DNA of 40,861 nt, taken from a virus (lineage: Duplodnaviria; Heunggongvirae; Uroviricota; Caudoviricetes). The translations under genes were made by a program, and so were the position numbers. Shown one piece after another: positions 34,252 to 40,861 of the stretch. The stretch is from IMG/VR virus record IMGVR_UViG_2541047778_000015, one strand, 5' to 3'. Within the stretch, counting starts at the first letter, position 1; every line of letters starts with the position of its first letter. Below the pieces are notes generated by a model that was not told where the DNA came from, did no database searches, and saw only the letters and a program-made list of their open reading frames with translations.

Positions 34252-34268
34252 ATTACCTTTGAGGTACG
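34252..34268. promoter_or_regulatory. Operator-like site ATTACC-tttga-GGTACG (degenerate right arm)
   Basis: Between the cro-like gene and the replication genes. Confidence 0.35.
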
Positions 34269-34269
34269 A

Positions 34270-34301
34270 ATAGATATGAAAAGACCGCCGGATGGCGGTC
34301 T
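34270..34301 (-). terminator. tR1-like terminator candidate downstream of cro
   Basis: Perfect 8-bp hairpin AGACCGCC-ggat-GGCGGTCT; on the minus strand it is followed by UUUCAUAUCUAU. Confidence 0.4.
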
Positions 34302-34322
34302 ACAGAGGGTTGTGGATGGATA

Positions 34323-34553
34323 TCATGAGTAGAAGAAGTATGCCAGTTCTGCTTTTGAGCGCAGCCATTGTCTTGTTTTACAGGCTTTAAAAAGCCCATT
34401 CATCAATACCTTACCTGGCATTTTGCGCTTACCTGTTAAGTGAGTCTGGATATAGTGACTCGTCGTTCCGGCTTCCTGTGCGAAGGCTTCACGCTCATCC
34501 GGAGTAAGTGCAAGCCAGTGCTTTTTGAAATCGAAATGTCCGTTATCGCTCAT
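34323..34553 (-). CDS. Cro-like HTH regulator
   Basis: 76 aa; AGTTSHYIQTHLTGKR resembles the Cro-type HTH; divergent from the repressor gene. Confidence 0.6.
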   Translation of the reverse strand: MSDNGHFDFKKHWLALTPDEREAFAQEAGTTSHYIQTHLTGKRKMPGKVLMNGLFKACKTRQWLRSKAELAYFFYS

Positions 34554-34588
34554 AGCTATTGCCTGATATTTATTTCAGATAATAAATA

Positions 34589-34653
34589 TTCACCCATAAG
34601 GTAACAAAAATCAAGGATAGTTACCTATGGGGTGCATTTACCTGTTGGGTAAT
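34589..34653. promoter_or_regulatory. Immunity-region operator cluster (three adjacent operator-like sites) between cro and the repressor gene
   Basis: TTCACC-cataa-GGTAAC (34589..34605), TTACC-tatgg-GGTGC (34620..34636), TTTACC-tgttg-GGTAAT (34637..34653); resembles an OR1-OR3 layout. Confidence 0.5.
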
Positions 34654-34707
34654 ATTGCTTTAAATTGAATCATCTACTGATTCATATATGAGGCGATTTT
34701 CCAGAAA

Positions 34708-35292
34708 ATGAAAAGTATCCAGGACGTCCGCAGGCAAAATCTCAACGACTTGATCGACCGTGAATTCAATGGTGTTCAGACGCGGATGGCAGAAAAACTT
34801 GGAACTCAGGCAAATCTGGTAAACCGCTGGGCTCTTGGCAAGAAGGTTATCGGCGACCAGGTTGCGCGAAAAATTGAAGCTGCCGCCAATAAACCCCGTA
34901 ACTGGCTTGATATCGATCGCTCGCTTTCTCAGGAAGGTTTTCAGCCTGTCGGCCCAAGCGACATTGGTCAGCTGGCGGCTCACAACCTGGAACGCTGGAT
35001 GAGCGAAAGCCGCGACCTTTCAACACAGGGAAAACTTCACCGCGCATCCGGCGTCGCCCAGGTGACAATCAGCCGCCTGTTAAACAATGAGGTCAGCGTT
35101 TCCATTTCCACCCTGGAGAATGTTGCATCCGCATTCGGGCGTCACGGCTATGAATTACTGATTCACCCGCACGACCCTGCGACTATCAACTATGACCGCT
35201 CGCGCTACGCATTGTTACCCGAAACCGAGAAAGCAAAGATCGAAAGTTACATTGAATTTGTCATCAACCAGAACGAAAAAAACAAACAATAA
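34708..35292 (+). CDS. Prophage repressor with two HTH-like regions and no S24 autocleavage domain
   Basis: 194 aa; HTH-like segments near residues 24-46 and 110-145; no Ala-Gly / Ser-Lys peptidase region seen; divergent from cro. Confidence 0.65.
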   Translation: MKSIQDVRRQNLNDLIDREFNGVQTRMAEKLGTQANLVNRWALGKKVIGDQVARKIEAAANKPRNWLDIDRSLSQEGFQPVGPSDIGQLAAHNLERWMSESRDLSTQGKLHRASGVAQVTISRLLNNEVSVSISTLENVASAFGRHGYELLIHPHDPATINYDRSRYALLPETEKAKIESYIEFVINQNEKNKQ

Positions 35293-35313
35293 AACTATAG
35301 TTTTCAGCAAGTA

Positions 35314-35339
35314 AGCCGCCTCATGGCGGCTTTTTTATT
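35314..35339 (+). terminator. Intrinsic terminator after the repressor gene
   Basis: AGCCGCC-tcatg-GGCGGCT followed by TTTTTTATT. Confidence 0.65.
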
Positions 35340-35348
35340 GCCAGCAAG

Positions 35349-35427
35349 ATTACCTTGTGGGTAATTTTTTTAACTCATATCTATTGACATCAAACCAGAT
35401 ACGCATAATCATTACCTCAACGGTAAC
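35349..35427 (+). promoter_or_regulatory. Early-left promoter (PL-like) flanked by two operator-like sites
   Basis: ATTACC-ttgtg-GGTAAT (35349..35365); TTGACA (35384..35389), 17-bp spacer, AATCAT; ATTACC-tcaac-GGTAAC (35411..35427) overlapping -10/+1. Confidence 0.5.
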
Positions 35428-35445
35428 AAACCGAGGTAACAAGTT

Positions 35446-35598
35446 ATGCAGTGGAAAATCATCAACGGTTGGTACTGCGTTACTGCATGCGGATTCATGA
35501 GCTGGAAGTTCCGCACCTTACAGGAAGGTATTAAGTGGGCTTTCGTCAGCAAAGAAGCTCGCGATGTGGCCAACGATAACGAGATATGGGAGGGCTGA
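35446..35598 (+). CDS. Candidate 50-aa protein (below ORF-track cutoff), first gene of the early-left operon
   Basis: GAGGT 9 nt upstream of the ATG; its stop overlaps the next start (TGATAATG). Confidence 0.3.
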   Translation: MQWKIINGWYCVTACGFMSWKFRTLQEGIKWAFVSKEARDVANDNEIWEG

Positions 35599-35600
35599 TA

Positions 35601-35900
35601 ATGAACGTTAATCAGCAGAAAAATCTTCAAAAAATCATGCTGGCATTCGACAAGGACTACCGCCTGTCAGAACAGCTATATGACCGACAAGTTGAACTGA
35701 TTGAGAGCATCCGACTTCATCAACTGTCCTCAACTTTCGACGTTGTAACAGGCAAAGGCGTTCGTCAGGAAGTGCTGGAGGCTGCTAAAGACAGCCCTGA
35801 GTTCGAAGAACTGATGGATTCCTACCGGCGCGAGGCAATGGCAATTATAGCGCGCTGGGATCTGGCGGATCAGCTTGATGGGCAGAGGGAAGCGGCATGA
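35601..35900 (+). CDS. Hypothetical early protein
   Basis: Start at MNVNQQ; 99 aa; stop overlaps the next gene (ATGA). Confidence 0.45.
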   Translation: MNVNQQKNLQKIMLAFDKDYRLSEQLYDRQVELIESIRLHQLSSTFDVVTGKGVRQEVLEAAKDSPEFEELMDSYRREAMAIIARWDLADQLDGQREAA

Positions 35901-36718
35901 AACCGGGAATTTATTTCGACATCAGCAACGAAGACTACCACGCCGGTGACGGCGTGAGTAAGTCGCAACTGGACATGGTTGCCAAGAATCCGGCGCTTCT
36001 TAAATGGGTTCAGGCAGCACCAGAAGACGAAGAGAAAAAGTCTGCACTGGATATGGGAACCGCATTGCACTGTCTGCTTCTGGAGCCTGGAGAATTCGAC
36101 AAACGCTTCATTGTTTCACCGAAGTTCGATCGTCGGACGAAACAAGGTAAAGCTGACGAAGAGGCATTTCTTCGTGATGTGGCGGATATGGGGATTACGG
36201 TACTTGATGCCGAGCAGTGGCGGAAACTGGAGCTGATGCGTGATAGCGCAATGGCTCACCCGGCGGCACGCTGGATGTTGGAAGCACCTGGTTACTGCGA
36301 AGCGTCAATGTACTGGAACGATGAAGAAACGGGTGAGTTGTGCCGAATTCGTCCAGACAAATGGCTGAACGAGCACAACGTGATCATCGACGTGAAAAAG
36401 GTTGCAGATATGGACCGTTTTGCACGTCACATCGAGGAATTCCGCTACCACGTGCAGGACGCAATGTACCGCGAAGGCGCAATGAGGGTTACTGGTCAGC
36501 CGCATGGTTTTTTCTTTCTTGCCGTGAGCGAAAGCATTGATTGTGGTCGGTATCCGGTACGCGTGTTCGAGCTGGATGCGCCGGATGTCGATGCCGGGCA
36601 CGCTCTGTTCCGCCGGGATCTGAATACCTATCACGAATGCCGCATCAACGATGAGTGGGGCGGAGTGGAAATTATTAAACGCCCTGACTGGGCACGTAAA
36701 CAGGATATGTACGTATGA
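35897..36718 (+). CDS. PD-(D/E)XK-family nuclease (recombination exonuclease partner)
   Basis: IIDVKK motif in a restriction-endonuclease-like context; immediately upstream of, and overlapping, the annealing-protein gene. Confidence 0.6.
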   Translation: MKPGIYFDISNEDYHAGDGVSKSQLDMVAKNPALLKWVQAAPEDEEKKSALDMGTALHCLLLEPGEFDKRFIVSPKFDRRTKQGKADEEAFLRDVADMGITVLDAEQWRKLELMRDSAMAHPAARWMLEAPGYCEASMYWNDEETGELCRIRPDKWLNEHNVIIDVKKVADMDRFARHIEEFRYHVQDAMYREGAMRVTGQPHGFFFLAVSESIDCGRYPVRVFELDAPDVDAGHALFRRDLNTYHECRINDEWGGVEIIKRPDWARKQDMYV

Positions 36719-37596
36719 GCAATGATATCGCAATCACATCACAACCAGGCGCAACTGTAGGCACTGCTGCGGCAATCTTCAGCCCCGAGGGAATGAATCA
36801 ACTGGTGCGTTTCGCTGAGTTGATGTCACAAAGCAAAGCGACTGTACCGAAACATCTTGAAGGCAAACCTGCCGATTGCCTGGCGGTGACCATGCAGGCG
36901 GCACAGTGGGGAATGAACCCTTTCGCCGTGGCGCAGAAAACGCATGTGGTAAACGGAACGTTAGGCTACGAAGCACAGTTGGTAAACGCGGTCGTATCCT
37001 CGTCAAGCCTGCTGGCGACACGCCTGAATTATCGCTGGAGCGGTGACTGGTCGAATGTTAACGGCAAAACAGATAAATCACCGAATCTGACGGTAACTGT
37101 GTCAGCAGTTCTTAAAGGAGAAGCAGAACCACGTGAGCTTACCATCAGTATGGCGCAAGCCGGAGTGCGTAACTCTCCATTGTGGGAACAGGATCCTCGC
37201 CAGCAGCTTGCCTATCTTTGCACGAAACGATGGGCTCGCCTGCACGCTCCTGATGTACTTCTCGGTGTTTACACCCCTGACGAATTACAGGAAACGGCAC
37301 CGCGCGTTGAACGAGACATTACTCCGCAAACAACTACTGCTGCGGGAATGAACAGTCTGATCAACGCTAAACCAGTGAAAAAGCCTGATGAGCAAACGCG
37401 TAAAGCGGATAGCCGTGATCCAGAAGAAATGCTGATGGCCTTTACCAGCGCAGCGATGAATTACAGCACTGTCTCCGAACTGGATAAGGCTTACAAATAC
37501 ATTGCACAAAAACTTTCAGATGATGACGAACTGCTGGCAAAAGCAACCGACGTTTACAGCGTTCGTCGGGAAGAATTAAACGAAACATCTATGTAA
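36715..37596 (+). CDS. Red-beta/Bet-like single-strand annealing protein
   Basis: SPLWEQDPRQQLAYLCTKRWARLHAPDVLLGVYTPDE and RVERDITP parallel lambda Bet (GPWQSHPKRMLRHKAMIQCARLAF ... ERDITP) as recalled. Confidence 0.65.
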   Translation: MSNDIAITSQPGATVGTAAAIFSPEGMNQLVRFAELMSQSKATVPKHLEGKPADCLAVTMQAAQWGMNPFAVAQKTHVVNGTLGYEAQLVNAVVSSSSLLATRLNYRWSGDWSNVNGKTDKSPNLTVTVSAVLKGEAEPRELTISMAQAGVRNSPLWEQDPRQQLAYLCTKRWARLHAPDVLLGVYTPDELQETAPRVERDITPQTTTAAGMNSLINAKPVKKPDEQTRKADSRDPEEMLMAFTSAAMNYSTVSELDKAYKYIAQKLSDDDELLAKATDVYSVRREELNETSM

Positions 37597-37645
37597 CCAC
37601 CACCGCGGCGCCACACGCGCCGCACTGCAACCAAGAGAGGTATTT

Positions 37646-37894
37646 ATGAAAGGTGCATTAGGTAAGAAGGAACTCCTGGCGGTGGTGCCACTGTCATGGA
37701 GCACTATCGACCGTATGGAGCGCGCAGGGGAATTTCCTAAACGCTGGTATATCACTGACAAACGCTGCGCATGGAACCGTGACGAAGTTGAGCGTTGGCT
37801 TGATGAACGTCAGGCAGCAAGTCCGGCAGAGTTCCAGGGTAAAAAACCTCCTGTTCAGCAACGTGTATATCGTCCCGTGAGCAACGCTGCATGA
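37646..37894 (+). CDS. AlpA-family excisionase / small DNA-binding regulator
   Basis: VVPLSWSTIDRMERAGEFPKRWYITDKRCAWNRDEVERWL fits the AlpA-type winged-HTH pattern. Confidence 0.6.
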   Translation: MKGALGKKELLAVVPLSWSTIDRMERAGEFPKRWYITDKRCAWNRDEVERWLDERQAASPAEFQGKKPPVQQRVYRPVSNAA

Positions 37895-38003
37895 GTGCGC
37901 TGCTAAGGCACTGGAGCAAATGGTCAGGATGGTACTTATTCCTGGCCTCTGTTTCAGCATGGCTTTATCTGCTGGCATTAATTTTCAGAGAGGGTTGGAT
38001 TAA

Positions 38004-38303
38004 GTGAGAAAGTTAAGCCGACTTGAAAAATATCACATGAATAAGGTTTCAATGCGTAGTCCGTCAAAGATTGTCGCCGTTACTCCTGCGGCGATAGAGA
38101 TCGAAAAACGCGCGATTGAAAGAGAAAAAAAAGGGCAGTTCCGCATTGCCGCTCACCTTTGGCTTCAGTGTATGGATGTTGCTTCTGGTGATGTTGAGCG
38201 AGCAAGGATTGCGGTTCGCAGGGACCAATGTATCACAAAAGGTAACGGCCTTCGCCGTGGCGACTATAGCGGCATAGGATGTTGTGGGGTGGTTTATGAC
38301 TAA
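38004..38303 (+). CDS. Hypothetical protein, translationally coupled to the methyltransferase
   Basis: GTG start; stop overlaps the methyltransferase ATG (ATGA). Confidence 0.4.
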   Translation: MRKLSRLEKYHMNKVSMRSPSKIVAVTPAAIEIEKRAIEREKKGQFRIAAHLWLQCMDVASGDVERARIAVRRDQCITKGNGLRRGDYSGIGCCGVVYD

Positions 38304-38946
38304 GAAATACACACTAATCTATGCAGATCCACCCTGGGTATACCGGGACAAAGCCGCAGATGGTAATCGCGGTGCCGGTTTTAAATATCCGGTTATGAGT
38401 GTGCTTGATATCTGCCGCCTTCCTGTGTGGGATTTGGCCGATGAAAACTGTCTGTTGGCCATGTGGTGGGTGCCAACACAACCACTCGAAGCACTAAAAG
38501 TTGTTGAAGCCTGGGGATTCCGTCTGATGACCATGAAGGGCTTCACGTGGATAAAATGTGGTAGTCGACAACAAGATAAACTGGTTATGGGTATGGGTCA
38601 CATGACTCGCGCCAATAGTGAAGATTGCCTGTTTGCAGTAAAGGGAAAACTACCTCCGCGCATTAATGCAGGGATCGTTCAGTCATTTACCGCACCGCGG
38701 CTTGAGCATTCAAGAAAACCAGATGTCGTTCGTGAAAAACTTGTGCAATTGTTAGGCGATGTTTCTCGCATTGAACTGTTCGCCCGCCAGTCGTCTCATG
38801 GCTTCGATGTTTGGGGTAATCAGTGCGAAGACCCGGCAGTGCAACTACACCCTGGATACGCGTTGGCTATTGGCGGATTAACAAATGCATTCAGCAATGC
38901 TCCGCTGTCACCAACAGACAACCAGGGGCGGGAGCGTTCAGCATGA
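38296..38946 (+). CDS. MT-A70-family N6-adenine DNA methyltransferase
   Basis: Catalytic DPPW motif (IYADPPWVY) near the N-terminus; start taken at the ATG at 38296. Confidence 0.7.
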   Translation: MTKKYTLIYADPPWVYRDKAADGNRGAGFKYPVMSVLDICRLPVWDLADENCLLAMWWVPTQPLEALKVVEAWGFRLMTMKGFTWIKCGSRQQDKLVMGMGHMTRANSEDCLFAVKGKLPPRINAGIVQSFTAPRLEHSRKPDVVREKLVQLLGDVSRIELFARQSSHGFDVWGNQCEDPAVQLHPGYALAIGGLTNAFSNAPLSPTDNQGRERSA

Positions 38947-39602
38947 ACCTATATCAACGCATCAATGGCGCTGACTGGTGCAATATCTTCGTCGTCGGCG
39001 ATCTGCATGGGTGCTACACGCTGCTGATGAACGAACTCGACAAAGTTTCATTCGACCCGGCGCGCGATTTGCTTATTTCCGTTGGTGACCTTGTTGACCG
39101 CGGCGCTGAAAACGTCGAATGCCTGGATTTGATTACTATGCCGTGGTTCCGAGCTGTTCGTGGCAACCATGAGCAGATGATGCTGGATGCACTGGTCAAC
39201 GGCGGAAGTTTCGGACATTGGATGTCAAACGGCGGTGGATGGTGGCGCCAACTTGATTCTGAGCAGGATGTGCAACTCAAATACCTTCTGCCAAAGGTTA
39301 CCAACCTCCCGATGATTATCGAACTGGTTACCGGCAATAAGAAGGTCGTCATCTGCCACGCAGACTACCCCCACAACGAATACGCATTCGATAAGCCAGT
39401 ACCGGAAGAAATGGTGATATGGAATCGTGAGCGGGTTAGCGACGCGCAGGACGGTATTGTCTCGGAGATAACCGGTGCCGATTTGTTCATCTTCGGTCAT
39501 ACGCCAGCACATCACCCACTAGTGTATGCAAACCAGATGTACATCGACACCGGCGCAGTGTTCTGCGGAAATCTGACGCTTACCAAAGTCCAGGAAGGAT
39601 AG
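38943..39602 (+). CDS. Ser/Thr protein phosphatase (lambda-phosphatase-like metallophosphoesterase)
   Basis: GDLHG, GDLVDRG and GNHE motifs in order; start MNLYQRING at 38943, overlapping the methyltransferase stop by 4 bp. Confidence 0.8.
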   Translation: MNLYQRINGADWCNIFVVGDLHGCYTLLMNELDKVSFDPARDLLISVGDLVDRGAENVECLDLITMPWFRAVRGNHEQMMLDALVNGGSFGHWMSNGGGWWRQLDSEQDVQLKYLLPKVTNLPMIIELVTGNKKVVICHADYPHNEYAFDKPVPEEMVIWNRERVSDAQDGIVSEITGADLFIFGHTPAHHPLVYANQMYIDTGAVFCGNLTLTKVQEG

Positions 39603-39604
39603 AA

Positions 39605-40861
39605 TTATTTATTACTGTCTTCCATCCACTTCTCAAACTTCGACGGGGAGAACGGAATCAGATCCGTATGCTCCCCGTTAATCCAGGAATCAATCATATC
39701 GGCCCACTGCTGCAACATGTAGGCGCGCTGTCTGGCGTATTCCGCTTTGTTATATACGGCGCGCACACCTTTCTGCTCATGTGCCAGAGCCTTTTCAATC
39801 CAGTCTGAAGGATAACCAGCCTCATGCAACAACGTACTGGCTGTACGGCGCATATCATGTACAGTGAAGTCCTGAATATACTCACCATCTTCATTTATTA
39901 TTTTCACCGTTCTGTCGATCAGAGAGTTCAGTGCGGCATTAGATAATGGCTTCCGGAAATTGTAACGACCAGGAACCAGATATTCACTTCCACCAGCGCA
40001 CATCTGCAACCCAACCAATATATCCTGTGCCTGTTTTGGCAGGTAAATAACGTGCGCCCGGCTTCCCTTCATGCGGTCTGAAGGAATTGTCCATGTCCAT
40101 TTTTTAAAATCTATTTCGTCCCACGTTGCATTGGTGAATTCGCCTTTACGAACCATAGTGATAAGCACCAGTTTTAAAGCCATTTTCATAGTGCCCATAG
40201 CACCAATGGCATCCAGCGTGCGGAAGAAAAGACCAATTTCTTCTGGTGTCAGCGTTCGCTCTCGTGGTTTAAATATGGCGATAGACGAAGGCTTAATATC
40301 AGCCGCAGGATTAAACAAACCATGACCGCGGTCATTGGCGTGACGGTATACGCTGCTGATGATCTCCCTGGCCTGCACTGCTGTTGCCCGGCCACCGCGT
40401 TCGACAATCCGGTCACACAAATCACGAACCATCGATGTGGTAATTTCAGCCATCATTTTGTTGCCAAGAACCGGAAGTATGTCACGGTCGATCACCGCCT
40501 GCTTCATTGCGCGGGTACTGTCAGCCAGGATGACGTGTTTCATATAACTGTCGGTATGTACCGCAAACGTCTCGGCACCACGAATCTTTTTGATACCGTC
40601 ACGTTTAGCCGCAGCCGGCGACTGGCCTGCTTTAAGCAACTTCTTTGCAGCAATCAGTTCTTCCCGCGCTTCTGCCAGGCTGATACCGTCACGCCCATAC
40701 TGCCCGATTACCAGTGTTTCGCGGCGACCGTTGATACGGTAGTCATAGCGAAACGAGACCGTACCTGACGTAAGCACAGCTACATACAGCCCGTCACGAT
40801 CGGAGACCTTGTACAGTTTGTCCTGCGGCTTGAGGTTTTTTAATTTTGTATCGGTAAGCAC
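39605..40861 (-). CDS. Tyrosine integrase (P4-type), N-terminus at the window edge
   Basis: N-terminus LTDTKLKNLKP ... DGLYVAV (arm-binding domain); C-terminal catalytic region with HDMRRT and conserved Tyr region; the ORF runs to the last base of the window. Confidence 0.85.
   Translation of the reverse strand: MLTDTKLKNLKPQDKLYKVSDRDGLYVAVLTSGTVSFRYDYRINGRRETLVIGQYGRDGISLAEAREELIAAKKLLKAGQSPAAAKRDGIKKIRGAETFAVHTDSYMKHVILADSTRAMKQAVIDRDILPVLGNKMMAEITTSMVRDLCDRIVERGGRATAVQAREIISSVYRHANDRGHGLFNPAADIKPSSIAIFKPRERTLTPEEIGLFFRTLDAIGAMGTMKMALKLVLITMVRKGEFTNATWDEIDFKKWTWTIPSDRMKGSRAHVIYLPKQAQDILVGLQMCAGGSEYLVPGRYNFRKPLSNAALNSLIDRTVKIINEDGEYIQDFTVHDMRRTASTLLHEAGYPSDWIEKALAHEQKGVRAVYNKAEYARQRAYMLQQWADMIDSWINGEHTDLIPFSPSKFEKWMEDSNK

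Larger units (their letters stand above)
1141..40861. mobile_element. Temperate prophage (lambdoid regulation/replication plus podovirus-type virion module), right end beyond the window
   Basis: Contiguous block of phage genes from the lysis cassette to the integrase; host genes only to the left; attL presumably within 1141..1289, attR not in window. Confidence 0.85.

Noticed and set aside
6617-35427. Possibility that the ATTACC-N5-GGTAAT sites are terminators, RBS artefacts or a known host transcription-factor site
   Set aside because: The stems are only 5-6 bp, AT-rich and lack U-tracts; only some copies overlap an RBS. I could not match the spacing to any host regulator motif I remember (LexA, CRP, FNR, TyrR, PdhR, GntR differ in arm or spacing). 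This is left as a hypothesis, not a confirmed exclusion.
1-40861. CRISPR arrays, rRNA genes, insertion sequences or transposases
   Set aside because: No regularly spaced direct repeats, no rRNA-like sequence, and no transposase-like ORF or terminal inverted repeats were seen anywhere in the window.

Overview
The window holds about 1.1 kb of enterobacterial chromosome (two small envelope-protein genes resembling E. coli yfgH and yfgI) followed by an almost complete temperate prophage of roughly 39.7 kb that runs to the right edge, where a tyrosine integrase gene is cut at or near its start. All calls rest on reading the ORF translations and the DNA by eye; no database search was possible. The prophage is mosaic. 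From the right: integrase; an early-left operon (AlpA-type excisionase, Red-beta/Bet-like annealing protein plus PD-(D/E)XK nuclease, MT-A70 methyltransferase, Ser/Thr phosphatase); a divergent cro / two-HTH repressor switch; lambda O/P-type replication genes with a candidate origin inside the initiator gene; a nin-like block; terminase small and large subunits; a tRNA-Arg(UCU) moron; then a podovirus-type virion module (portal, scaffold, major capsid, tail/nozzle proteins, three internal virion proteins including one with a lytic transglycosylase domain). Next comes an accessory island containing a P22 immI-like mnt/arc/antirepressor unit, and finally a 1039-aa tailspike followed by a holin-endolysin-Rz/Rz1 cassette next to the host junction. 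The most notable observations are: (1) one ~77-aa protein module present three times, twice with identical protein sequence fused to different antirepressor N-domains in inverted orientation, and once as a free-standing gene behind a near-consensus LexA box; (2) a 17-bp operator-like palindrome ATTACC-N5-GGTAAT at about 14 promoter-proximal sites across the prophage; (3) a promoter-to-terminator structured RNA upstream of one antirepressor; (4) a repressor with no autocleavage domain, implying antirepressor-driven induction.
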